Assembly: GCA_019057635.1 (NCBI GenBank)
Contig: DXJL01000147.1
Location: 1-16,475 of the forward strand
Origin: Candidatus Heimdallarchaeota archaeon
Lineage (GTDB): Archaea; Asgardarchaeota; Heimdallarchaeia; Hodarchaeales; Hodarchaeaceae
DNA length: 16,475 nucleotides
Direction of reading: 5' to 3'
This document shows, piece by piece, positions 1 to 8,676 of this stretch. Both the position numbers and the translations under genes were made by a program. The notes beneath the pieces were generated by a model, which was given only the letters and a program-made list of their open reading frames with translations, searched no databases and had not been told where the DNA came from. Position 1 is the stretch's first letter. Every line of letters starts with the position of its first letter.

Positions 1-744
1 GGGTGTTCCGAGGACATGATACTTCTTCATCACCTCAGTATTGACGCATAGATTCCATATTTTCTTGTAAGTCTTTAGATATGCTCTTCTGTCAATTTCA
101 GGTTGATCTAATGGAATATCTTCGTTACCACTTATCACCAACGCTTTTACATTTTTAGATCCTAGGACTGTTCCAGGACCTAATCTTCCGAAATGTCTAA
201 GCGTATCAACTACAATTGTTCCGTATCGAACTAAATTTTCACCTGCTTGACCTATACGTATAATACTACGCTTTCCTGGTTCTGCAGGTATAAGTTCTCG
301 TAAGATTCGTCCAGTAGTTGAGGTGTACATCTGGGCTAAGGGTCCAGCTGGTTTTATCTTAACTTCATCGTTGGTAATTGTAATAAATGAAGGTTTCTCT
401 GCTTTACCTTTAATAACGATAGCTCCGTAACCTGCAAAACGCATTGCGAGAGAGAGTCTCCCTCCAGCATATGATTCTCCTAAATCACCAGTATAAGGAC
501 TTCGAAAAAGAGCTGCTGTTTTAGATACAATTGGATAAAATGTTGTTAACGTTCCTATTGAAAAAATTATCGCGTTTTCAGGATCTAAAGGGTTTGCTGT
601 CACAGGTACATGTTCTTTTAGAAGATTAATGCCTGCACCTACACCACCGATCCACTCTTTGAAGAGATTCTGTCTTTTTATGACTTTACTAGTTCCTTCG
701 GATAGATTAATTTCAAGGACTGTATCAGGAATAACAGACATCAT
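1..744 (-). CDS. Aldehyde:ferredoxin oxidoreductase (tungsten AOR/WOR family) large subunit, N-terminal part; runs off the window's left edge
   Basis: Not in the ORF track; hand translation gives MMSVIPDTVLEINLSEG...WIGGVG...PLDPENAIIFSIG...FRSPYTGDLGESYAGGRL...FAGYGAIVIKGKA...IGQAGENLV...HFGRLGPGTVLGSKNVKALVISG, the AOR N-terminal motifs. AGGAG RBS overlaps the upstream TAG; start is ATG 744 or 741. Confidence 0.93.
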   Translation of the reverse strand, partial: MMSVIPDTVLEINLSEGTSKVIKRQNLFKEWIGGVGAGINLLKEHVPVTANPLDPENAIIFSIGTLTTFYPIVSKTAALFRSPYTGDLGESYAGGRLSLAMRFAGYGAIVIKGKAEKPSFITITNDEVKIKPAGPLAQMYTSTTGRILRELIPAEPGKRSIIRIGQAGENLVRYGTIVVDTLRHFGRLGPGTVLGSKNVKALVISGNEDIPLDQPEIDRRAYLKTYKKIWNLCVNTEVMKKYHVLGTP

Positions 745-753
745 TAGTTTCTC

Positions 754-1191
754 CTAGAATTGTGTTGTAGGTTCCTCCATTATTAATACACCAGTTGGAC
801 AAAATGTAACACAAAGGCCGCATTGTCGGCATACTATTGCATTATTAAGGTCCTTGTCAATATGAATGGCACCAGGAATAGGACAAGCCTTTAAACATTC
901 ATGATTACATTTACTTGCATCACAAATTGACCTATTGACTAAAACTCCTCCTCCATTTGCCCTCTTTCGAATTGCACCATCTATCGGGCATGCTGGAACA
1001 CAAGGTGGTTGGAGACAACCTCTACACACAACAACTGCAAAACCACTTTTTCCATATCCCCCAACGGTTTTTACCTTAATGGAAGCTCTATCAACTGAAA
1101 GAACTTTTTCATTAACTCGTGCACATACTAAAACACATTGATAGCATCCAACACATCTATCCAGATCCTCAATTCTTAAGCGTTTTGCCAA
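754..1191 (-). CDS. 4x[4Fe-4S] ferredoxin-like small subunit (DmsB/WOR5-S-like) of the AOR operon
   Basis: 16 Cys in four groups: CVGCYQCVLVC, CRGCLQPPCVPACP, CDASKCNHECLKACP, CRQCGLCVTFCP. TTG start with GAGGG 6 nt upstream; 9 nt gap to the AOR start. Confidence 0.92.
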   Translation of the reverse strand: MAKRLRIEDLDRCVGCYQCVLVCARVNEKVLSVDRASIKVKTVGGYGKSGFAVVVCRGCLQPPCVPACPIDGAIRKRANGGGVLVNRSICDASKCNHECLKACPIPGAIHIDKDLNNAIVCRQCGLCVTFCPTGVLIMEEPTTQF

Positions 1192-1836
1192 TTTAAACCC
1201 TCGAAATCATTACTCTTAGATGAATTTAAACTTGTACTTTTTTTCAATCACCTTCACTTAGAGATCATATTTGTGAGATATTCAGTTTATAAACTTAAAC
1301 GCTTGATATCTAGCATATTTTTTTACAATGAAATGTTACTAAAAGGGTTTTTAACGGCGACCCGTAAGCATTAAAGTGTAGAAACTCGACAGAAATTCGA
1401 ACTAAAACGACAGTCGAATTCATACCCGTTATAAAATGCATTCACGATTGCTTTAAAAACTTTCCTTGGGCCTCAGAAAAACAATTCAAGATCGTCTGGA
1501 ACTATATAGACCATCAACTGGCAGGACGAGGGAGAGGACGACAAGTGATGCTATTGGCATCCAGTTTGCCTTACTAATAAATATTTTGACTTTTTTGATA
1601 TAAAATTCTTTGACAATTTATATGTAAGTTAAATATACCCCGACTTTAGTAACCCTTAGTTTTTACTCCTTCACCCACTAAAGGTATTATTAACTTATTT
1701 TTGCCTTTACCAACCCTATCGCACAAACGGGGAGAATCAGAAAAAATGTCATTTTCCAAAACGACCAATCTCGTGACAGATCAAGCTGGTGTTTCTGCTA
1801 GTCATACAAGTTAAAACGGTAGGAGAAGGGAGATTG

Positions 1837-1937
1837 AACGATGTCAATTAACTGCTGTTAAACGACATTCAGGGTATATAAATAAAACATAAAGATTTAG
1901 AGAGGGCATACGTTGGTTTAGGCACATCTGTTATGCA
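1837..1937. repeat. Imperfect inverted repeat containing one copy (1911-1934) of the dispersed attC-like motif
   Basis: CGTTGGTTTAGGCACATCTGTTAT at 1911-1934 is 22/24 identical to 14095-14118. Left arm AACGATGTCAATTAAC (1837-1852) resembles the reverse complement of the motif with bulges. Confidence 0.55.
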
Positions 1938-2052
1938 AAAAGAGAATGATTGAAAGGACAATACTTTTTGGTGTTCCTTTAGGTGAAGTTTTAAATAAAT
2001 CAAGTAAAAAGAAATATTTTCATAAGACAATTCACATGTATATGGTGCTTTT

Positions 2053-2562
2053 TTGACTGAAATTAAGCAGTATCAGATGACGGGTAAGGATAAAATAATT
2101 GCGGTTTATTTGCTATTGGGCTCTGTCATTCAATTATTCATGCTCTTCTTCTTTGGTAATTGGGCCAATCTTGATGTAATCATGTACCTAGGATTTATCT
2201 CTTTAGTTATTTCAGTGGTTTTAGTACTTTCTTCCAACATTTTGAGGAAAGAAGGTGGGATGGAAGAAGGAAAGGGTTTTGTAACAACCAAATTAGTTGA
2301 TTCAGGGATATATGGAGTAATCCGTCATCCAATTTATCTCAGCTTAGTCTATTTGTTTATTGGTTTTGCATTAATTTCTCAACATCCCATAAGTCTGTTT
2401 CTTGGCTTTACAATGGCACTATTATGCTACTATTTCATGATAGAAGAAGAGAAGCTGACAATTGAGAAATTTGGAAATGAATTTTTACAATATATGAAAA
2501 AGGTGCCCCGATCAAATCTATTAATAGGTATCTGGAGAGCTTTCAGGAGAAAAAGTAAGTAG
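2053..2562 (+). CDS. Isoprenylcysteine carboxyl methyltransferase / PEMT (Ste14) family membrane methyltransferase
   Basis: LVDSGIYGVIRHPIYL and EEEKLTIEKFGNEFLQYMKKVPR match the family motifs (GxYxxxRHPxY; EExxLxxxFGxxYxxYxxxVPR); several TM helices. Confidence 0.9.
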   Translation: MTEIKQYQMTGKDKIIAVYLLLGSVIQLFMLFFFGNWANLDVIMYLGFISLVISVVLVLSSNILRKEGGMEEGKGFVTTKLVDSGIYGVIRHPIYLSLVYLFIGFALISQHPISLFLGFTMALLCYYFMIEEEKLTIEKFGNEFLQYMKKVPRSNLLIGIWRAFRRKSK

Positions 2563-2634
2563 GTTGAAGTAAACATAAATTAATAACTTAATTTAACCTT
2601 TATCCTCTTATGTCGCTGACAAACAACATTATCG

Positions 2635-2904
2635 TTATAGAACAAAGCCTGTTTTCGAGCTAAAGAAAATTAGAAGAATGGGATTTCCCCGTTCAAGTGA
2701 TTGTTGAAGTGCAAATTCTATTGCATGTTCAATTCCAATTCAACCATAGGGGTTGAAACCGATAAAACGTGCCATTGTATCATAATTACAGTAAGCAAAA
2801 TCGCCTTTTAACAAAAAAAATCCTCCTAGAAAACTAGTCATTAGTGCTCCAACAAATAAGACGATCTATTGAGATTTTGTTACTGTTGATTGATACAGGC
2901 TCAT
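2635..2904 (-). pseudogene. Degraded small membrane-protein gene
   Basis: ATG...TAA frame of 90 codons with two internal stops (TAG 2866-2868, TGA 2740-2742): MSLYQSTVTKSQ*IVLFVGALMTSFLGGFFLLKGDFAYCNYDTMARFIGFNPYG*IGIEHAIEF...; clear TM-like segment. Confidence 0.4.
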
Positions 2905-3622
2905 ATTTCACGGAAGAAAAAGTTCTAATTTAATTTTATCCAAAAATGTCTTTTGGTAAAAATTGATGAGGAAGTGATTGTATTTAATGTTGTTTAACTA
3001 AAGATAAATGACATTTAGACTATATAAAGCGAATGTAAAGCTTTTCATGAGCTAAACGTTGGTTGTACGACAAATTGTTTTCAGAGAACGTCTAGAATTC
3101 TACTGTCAGTAGTTTCACCTATACTATTGTTCTCAAAAATTCACGTAAAGAGAGAGATAAGCAAAAGAGGAAGTACAATTAAGGAAAGAAGAGCAAAAAT
3201 CAGAGCGGATTTAGTGTTACTCAAGTCAAAAATAAAACCACTGGGACTACTTGAGAATCAGCAAGAAAACGCTAAAGGATATTGATCTTTTTATTATGAT
3301 CGGCATTCAGACGGAGCCCACAGGAAACGAGGAAAATCCGCGGGTCTTTAAATTAATCCGTTTTTAGAATGAAGTTTATTGAAGTATTTAATAGTGAGAA
3401 CTTCTTTCAATCAAGCTGAAAAATACCTTGTGATTCATCCTATCTGTCAAATGTATTGGTCATCTTTTCGTAGAATAAATTTTAACTTCTTCTATCTCAA
3501 GGGTCCTGCTTAATTTTCAAGTTTAAAATACATAAATTAGTTTTTTCTTGCGACTAAACTAGCTAGTTTTTAATTTAAATTACAACAGCTTAAAAGGCTG
3601 GAAGGGTCTTATTTCTAAATAT

Positions 3623-4633
3623 GTGGAAGTTAAGCTCTTGATGAGTACTTCTGAAAAGAATCCCAATCGACACGAACTTATTTTATATGATCCCCACGAA
3701 GATCCTCGAACATTATGTAACTCGATCACAAAAGAAGTAACCTCAGGAACACAGACCATTTTCGTTGACTTCGATTCCTATAAATCGTACCTTAATAAAA
3801 AGATTCGTAATAAAACAGCTCATATCTCACTCCCTAAATCATTCTATCATGATTCTCCCACACACGACGAACTTTGTCTACTCTTAACAAACTTTAGGAA
3901 AGCAATTTGGGAAGGAATTAAAAACCACGCTCGTGATGCTTTCTTTTTGATTGATTTTCATTCAAAACAACCATGCCGTGAAAGTGCTCTCACGATCGAA
4001 AAATTTTTGTATCGTGCCTTCTATGTCTTTCTTGGATTTCAACTTAAATGTTCGTGTTTATATAGACTTGATAACACCATTTCAGACTTCCTAGACATCG
4101 TTCCACTACATACAGATATCCAGATACAATGTAACTCCCGAATTCCACTTCAAAACTGGCCGATCTCCCCATATCATGGCCCTCAAGAAAATAAGCTTTT
4201 CTTAAATGAAATAAATCGTACTAGCACCTTAGAATGGATATCAGAACGGGCCTTCGCTGATAAGAACGATCCATTTATCTTCCGCTCAATAGAAGGGGAA
4301 GTTATCGGGATGGCCTTCAATCTCTCAAGCTTAATTCATCAACTGAACAGTGTACCAATCGAAGTAGCGTGTTATCATATTCTTAGAAAAGCAGACCATG
4401 ATTTACAGGGGAACCCTACCGCACTCATTGAACATAGCGATCTGGCACTCTGGGTTGAGTACACGCTGGGTGATACCTCTCTCGCACAACAAATCTACAA
4501 TACTGCCAAAAAAACCATCGGATATTATAACGATCTTCACAATGCAACAATATTTGCAAAAAGAAATACATTACGATCTATACTTCACTTACTAGAAACG
4601 AGAATGGCCACTCTCTTACCACACTACCTGTAA
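3623..4633 (+). CDS. MEDS-like sensory domain fused to a C-terminal DUF5752-like domain
   Basis: N-part HELILYD...EG...LIDF...IEKFL...CSCLY...DIVPLH follows the MEDS pattern. C-part PFIF...AFNLSSL...VPIEVACYH...SDLALWVEYTLGDTSLAQQI follows the DUF5752 pattern. True start may be ATG 3641. Confidence 0.7.
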   Translation: MEVKLLMSTSEKNPNRHELILYDPHEDPRTLCNSITKEVTSGTQTIFVDFDSYKSYLNKKIRNKTAHISLPKSFYHDSPTHDELCLLLTNFRKAIWEGIKNHARDAFFLIDFHSKQPCRESALTIEKFLYRAFYVFLGFQLKCSCLYRLDNTISDFLDIVPLHTDIQIQCNSRIPLQNWPISPYHGPQENKLFLNEINRTSTLEWISERAFADKNDPFIFRSIEGEVIGMAFNLSSLIHQLNSVPIEVACYHILRKADHDLQGNPTALIEHSDLALWVEYTLGDTSLAQQIYNTAKKTIGYYNDLHNATIFAKRNTLRSILHLLETRMATLLPHYL

Positions 4634-4744
4634 AACACCCATGAACTGAGTATAGCCCTAGCTTATGGGTCCATCAGAATGTAAAACTAGTCACTCATCG
4701 ATCGAGCAACGCTATATTCCCAAAAAATTATTAGTGGCATCTCC

Positions 4745-5251
4745 TTACGCATTACGATTTGTACGGATACAAAAGTAAGAGCGCTCTCCTATTAATGCAA
4801 ATAGCGCCGATATCGCAGAAATCGGGAAGAAGAAAAATGGATAAAGGAGGGTGAAAAAGAAAATAATCATTCCTCTACTAAACTCCTCATAGTGGTCAGT
4901 GGGTGGAGGTTGAAGGAAGATTAGTAGTACCATTGTCATGATTATTAACGATAGCAGCGAAATTACCAAAAATCCGGAGATTCCAACTGTGTAAATTCCA
5001 GTATTTCGTTTTTTACTTATGTAAGAGGCCACTAATGAGCTCGGAATGGCTGGAAGGGAAAAAAAAACTTCTAACACTAACAGATCGATGAGAAACTGCC
5101 CGGTGAATGCGATACTATCCATCTTGACTAGGATTATCACACATAATAAGACCGTAAATAATGAAATAATGTAACATCCTATTCCCACCCCTACAGCTTT
5201 TTTCTCCTGTGATATATAGGTCTTTATTGAGTTTAGCACCAATATGGTCAC
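4745..5251 (-). CDS. Hypothetical 4-TM membrane protein
   Basis: 168-aa ORF with four hydrophobic helices separated by short charged loops; start codon uncertain. Confidence 0.7.
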   Translation of the reverse strand: MTILVLNSIKTYISQEKKAVGVGIGCYIISLFTVLLCVIILVKMDSIAFTGQFLIDLLVLEVFFSLPAIPSSLVASYISKKRNTGIYTVGISGFLVISLLSLIIMTMVLLIFLQPPPTDHYEEFSRGMIIFFFTLLYPFFFFPISAISALFALIGERSYFCIRTNRNA

Positions 5252-5376
5252 ATTAATTCAAGGGACTTGGCTATAAATCGATATTTTTTCAATAATTGAA
5301 AGTATTGAATGGTCATGGACATTATTATTGTATAGTTAAGATTTTTCATGCTTATTACATTATCTTCCCTGTCTTC

Positions 5377-5453
5377 TTTTCATGAGTTAAAAAAGCCTCT
5401 CGCAATCAGACCTAAGAAACATGATTATTAGAAGGAATCTCGAATACTCGATG
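5377..5453. repeat. 77-bp imperfect direct repeat, copy A
   Basis: Ungapped alignment to 7977-8053, 59/77 identical by hand count (TTTTCATGAG...CCTCTCGCAATC(A/T)GACCT...GGAATC.CGAAT..TCGATG). Confidence 0.8.
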
Positions 5454-5623
5454 GGTCGATTGAACCTTTAAGTACGCGGAATTTCCCATTATTTTCCACT
5501 ATTACACTTTTACTGACGTATATCTGCTTTAAAGAAGGACACTTACAAGTTTTTGACAAGAAATAATTTCACTGAAGGTAGCTTTAAAAGGTCTAATGGG
5601 CACTAATAAGATTGAGGGACAGT

Positions 5624-5770
5624 ATGTTTATCAGAAAACCTCCTTTTATTCGAAAATCCAAAAAAGGAGATATTAATAAGGAAGTCATTGAGCAAATCAA
5701 AGATACCAAACGTAAGATGAAGGAAAAAATTCCCCAAACGGAATCTGAAAATAGCCAAGATGAGTCCTAG
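5624..5770 (+). CDS. Small charged protein, 48 aa (below the ORF-track cutoff)
   Basis: MFIRKPPFIRKSKKGDINKEVIEQIKDTKRKMKEKIPQTESENSQDES*; GAGGG RBS just upstream and TTTAAAA TATA-like box at 5583-5589. Confidence 0.55.
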   Translation: MFIRKPPFIRKSKKGDINKEVIEQIKDTKRKMKEKIPQTESENSQDES

Positions 5771-5905
5771 TCAAAATAGACAAATAAAAACTAATTCTGA
5801 GATACTATAGAGGATAATCCCAACAAGATTCAAGTTATTCTTCAGTTCTTAGTTGAATGGAAAACCAAGATTTGGCATTGGTTGATATAATAGTAGAATC
5901 CTGAT

Positions 5906-7822
5906 GTGTGCTTAGTGTCTAAAACGGTTTTACAGCTGAAATTAATACTTGTCTTAGTTATTATGGGAGTTACACTAATCCTTACAACTGTCGAATTATT
6001 TCCAATTGGCTCTGATGTTTTAACACTGCCTGCACCTGATCTAACAGGACATATACCCCTGAGTTCTGCCATCCAAGATTCAACAATCACAAGAAACCTC
6101 AAAAACAGGTCAATATCAATCAAAGAAATATCTCAATTACTTTGGTCATTTCAAGGAATTACACATGGTTCTGGATTTCGTTCAGCACCATCCGCTGGAG
6201 CAACCTATCCTCTAAAGATTTTTTTCCTACAACGAAGTCCGTCTTTATTGAAGGAAGGGTATTATAGCTATAATTCAGATCAACATTGGTTAAAAGCCAT
6301 TTCTGATGGTGTTAATGACACTGAGCTATTGTTAACTCTTACAAGTGAAGATCGTGAACCATTCTCTAATGTTAGTACCGTATTTTTCATTTTAGCTGAT
6401 TATGAACGTACAACTGATCGATATGGGAAGAGAGGAGTTCAATATGTTCATCTTGAGGTTGGACATGCTCTTCAGAACTTCCTTTTGCAATCCAGCGCGT
6501 TAAACTTAGATACCTGGGTGATCACTCAGTTTGATTCCGAGCAGATAAAACAGACTTTGAATATAACATTAGAACCTCTGATTATGTTACCTGTTGGTCA
6601 ACATGATGATTTGAGTCATGTTTTATTAAGAATAAAGAAGCAAAATTCCAGAATTGAAGAATCACAGAAAGAAATGACCGTAGAACAAGCGATTGCTAAT
6701 CGAAAATCTATTCGTGACTATATAGGGGGTAAGATTCCACTCGCAGTACTGATGGATATCCTACAGGATAGTATAACAATTAACTATCTTGAGGGTGATA
6801 ACTCATTATTGGATCTCCGAGTGGTGGCAGGAGAAATTGATGGGCTATCCACTGGAATGTACCAGTTTTCAATGGATAACTATGCATTAAATCAATATAG
6901 TCAGGAAGATTCGCGTAATTCCCTGAAAGCTGTGGCATTAGACCAACCATGGGTGGAAAATGCCCAACTAGATTTAGTTCTTTCTGCAAATACAACCTGG
7001 ATCGATCAACAAAGTGACCCCATCTTTCATCAACGCAAAATGATGTTTAATATTGGAATGATAGCTCAAAATATCTATTTAAAATGTACATCCCATGGTT
7101 TAGGAACTGTAGTTGTAGGAGCGTTTAATGATTGGGGTGTTGCCCAATTGATTGCCATTCCAGATACTCACATGCCCTTTTATATCATACCTATAGGATT
7201 AACACCAAAATTTGGTGAACATCCTTCGATTTTTAACCTACCAATGACAGAGATTGCTAGAAGTATTGGTCTTTTGTCGTTTATTCTGTTCTACTTCAGC
7301 TTATACATGACTCTTCCAGTATTAAGACGACGAAATAGAAAACAAACACGGTGGTTACACTTTATATCTGGGTCCATCTTCATAACAGGTATTGGTTATC
7401 ATTATATGACGATACATGGACATGTGAAGTCTTTTAGCGCATTTTTTAATGTGTATGTATATTTCAATGCTCTTCTTGGATTTATTGGGGATATTTTTAC
7501 TTTTCCTACAACACGCTTTGAATTAGGGAAGTTTGCAATTAATTATGGTCTGATATTTGGATCTATTGCCGCTGTCAGCGGTATAATTATGTTTTTTAGG
7601 CGAGTAAAATACCAAAAACTTCTCAGATCCCTTCATAAATATACTCTTTTTCTCGTACTTCTACTAGCTATTGTTCATAACTTCTTCAATGGTACTTATT
7701 TCGCTTGGCAACCCTTCTTCTTTCTCTATCTGAATATTTTAATTTTTTCTTTCTATTTTCTAATCAATTATTCATTTGACCTTATCAGAATGTCTCGAAG
7801 GCAGACTAAACAACTTCAATAA
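5906..7822 (+). CDS. Membrane-anchored tandem SagB/ThcOx-type nitroreductase (FMN) fused to a C-terminal di-heme cytochrome b-like TM domain
   Basis: N-terminal hydrophobic helix. Domain 1 has QLLWSFQG...RSAPSAGATYPL...RYGKRGVQYVHLEVGHALQN; domain 2 has VEQAIANRKSIRDY...ALDQPWV...GMIAQNIYL...LGTVVVGAF. C-terminal 5-6 TM helices carry two H-x13-H pairs. Start may be GTG 5915. Confidence 0.85.
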   Translation: MCLVSKTVLQLKLILVLVIMGVTLILTTVELFPIGSDVLTLPAPDLTGHIPLSSAIQDSTITRNLKNRSISIKEISQLLWSFQGITHGSGFRSAPSAGATYPLKIFFLQRSPSLLKEGYYSYNSDQHWLKAISDGVNDTELLLTLTSEDREPFSNVSTVFFILADYERTTDRYGKRGVQYVHLEVGHALQNFLLQSSALNLDTWVITQFDSEQIKQTLNITLEPLIMLPVGQHDDLSHVLLRIKKQNSRIEESQKEMTVEQAIANRKSIRDYIGGKIPLAVLMDILQDSITINYLEGDNSLLDLRVVAGEIDGLSTGMYQFSMDNYALNQYSQEDSRNSLKAVALDQPWVENAQLDLVLSANTTWIDQQSDPIFHQRKMMFNIGMIAQNIYLKCTSHGLGTVVVGAFNDWGVAQLIAIPDTHMPFYIIPIGLTPKFGEHPSIFNLPMTEIARSIGLLSFILFYFSLYMTLPVLRRRNRKQTRWLHFISGSIFITGIGYHYMTIHGHVKSFSAFFNVYVYFNALLGFIGDIFTFPTTRFELGKFAINYGLIFGSIAAVSGIIMFFRRVKYQKLLRSLHKYTLFLVLLLAIVHNFFNGTYFAWQPFFFLYLNILIFSFYFLINYSFDLIRMSRRQTKQLQ

Positions 7823-7976
7823 TATTCTATCATTTGTAACCTTATGTCTACAGTATCGATTTTCCCTATATGAGTAAAAATCAAAGTAAATTTCTTTCAT
7901 ATTTTTTATATAGATCAGTAGATGAGTATATCAGGAAATCAGACTTGAAATTATTGTATATTCACCATTTAAATGA

Positions 7977-8053
7977 TTTTCATGAGCAAATAAAACCTCT
8001 CGCAATCTGACCTGAGAACCAAGATCCGAGGTCGGAATCGCGAATGGTCGATG
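7977..8053. repeat. 77-bp imperfect direct repeat, copy B
   Basis: Exactly 2600 bp from copy A; 59/77 identity, no gaps. Confidence 0.8.
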
Positions 8054-8676
8054 TACCAAAAGTCTTCTATTTTAGACACATTCCGTTAAATGTTGATAAA
8101 AACAGTATCAAGGTCTTCCTCCACTCCAAAGACGCCTTTTCACACGAATACAGTATTTTTGAACCAAAAACGGTGCATGTGACCATGGCTGGTGAGCTTG
8201 TTGCACAAAAACATATCTCCTTATATTGAGAAACCCTCCCTCTTTTAATTCCAAATTAGACTATAATGTTCATTATTTCCCTGGTAACATTTGAATGGAT
8301 TGAATTGTTTTGAAGGTACAGGTAAAAGTTAGTGGAATCCTTTTCCTCATCCTTTTTTTTGGTGTTCTCCTTATTCAAAGTAATATCATATATGCAACCA
8401 ATCAACAGTGCCCAGTTGACGTCCAAATTCTTTATTCCGACGATTCTTGGTGTACTTCAGTCATATTTTAATTCCTCCTATTTAACTTGCAATGAGAGCA
8501 GAACATTTTATCATCAAGAGAATTCTTCCCGTTATTTTAAATAATAAACTAGTAAGAAATTGTGGGACAATTGGTTTTACACAATATCAATCGGTCATTA
8601 AAAAAGGTTTGCAAGAATTTAGAAATGGAAATCTGATTATTCATTATCGTAAGTAGACGATTACTGATTGAGTCAT

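Noticed and set aside
2635-2904. TAG/TGA read-through (Pyl/Sec or alternative code) in the minus-strand ORF
   Set aside because: TAG and TGA end intact genes elsewhere in the window; pseudogene decay is simpler.
3127-3285. Lys/Arg-rich plus-strand open stretch (REISKRGSTIKERRAKIRADL...)
   Set aside because: No ATG or RBS and no family recognised; may be a remnant but cannot be supported.
5906-7822. RiPP (thiazole/oxazole) cluster suggested by the SagB-like domains
   Set aside because: No YcaO, E1-like or transporter gene in the window, and the nearby 48-aa peptide has no Cys and no Ser/Thr-rich core.
7870-8229. Plus-strand 120-codon frame with one in-frame TGA (8008-8010), a possible selenoprotein; includes track ORF 8044..8229
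   Set aside because: No redox motif around the TGA, the other repeat copy has AGA rather than Cys there, no SECIS recognised, and synonymous changes favour the opposite strand.
8332-8544. 70-aa plus-strand ORF in intergenic DNA
   Set aside because: GTG start, no recognisable motif or convincing RBS; unsupported.
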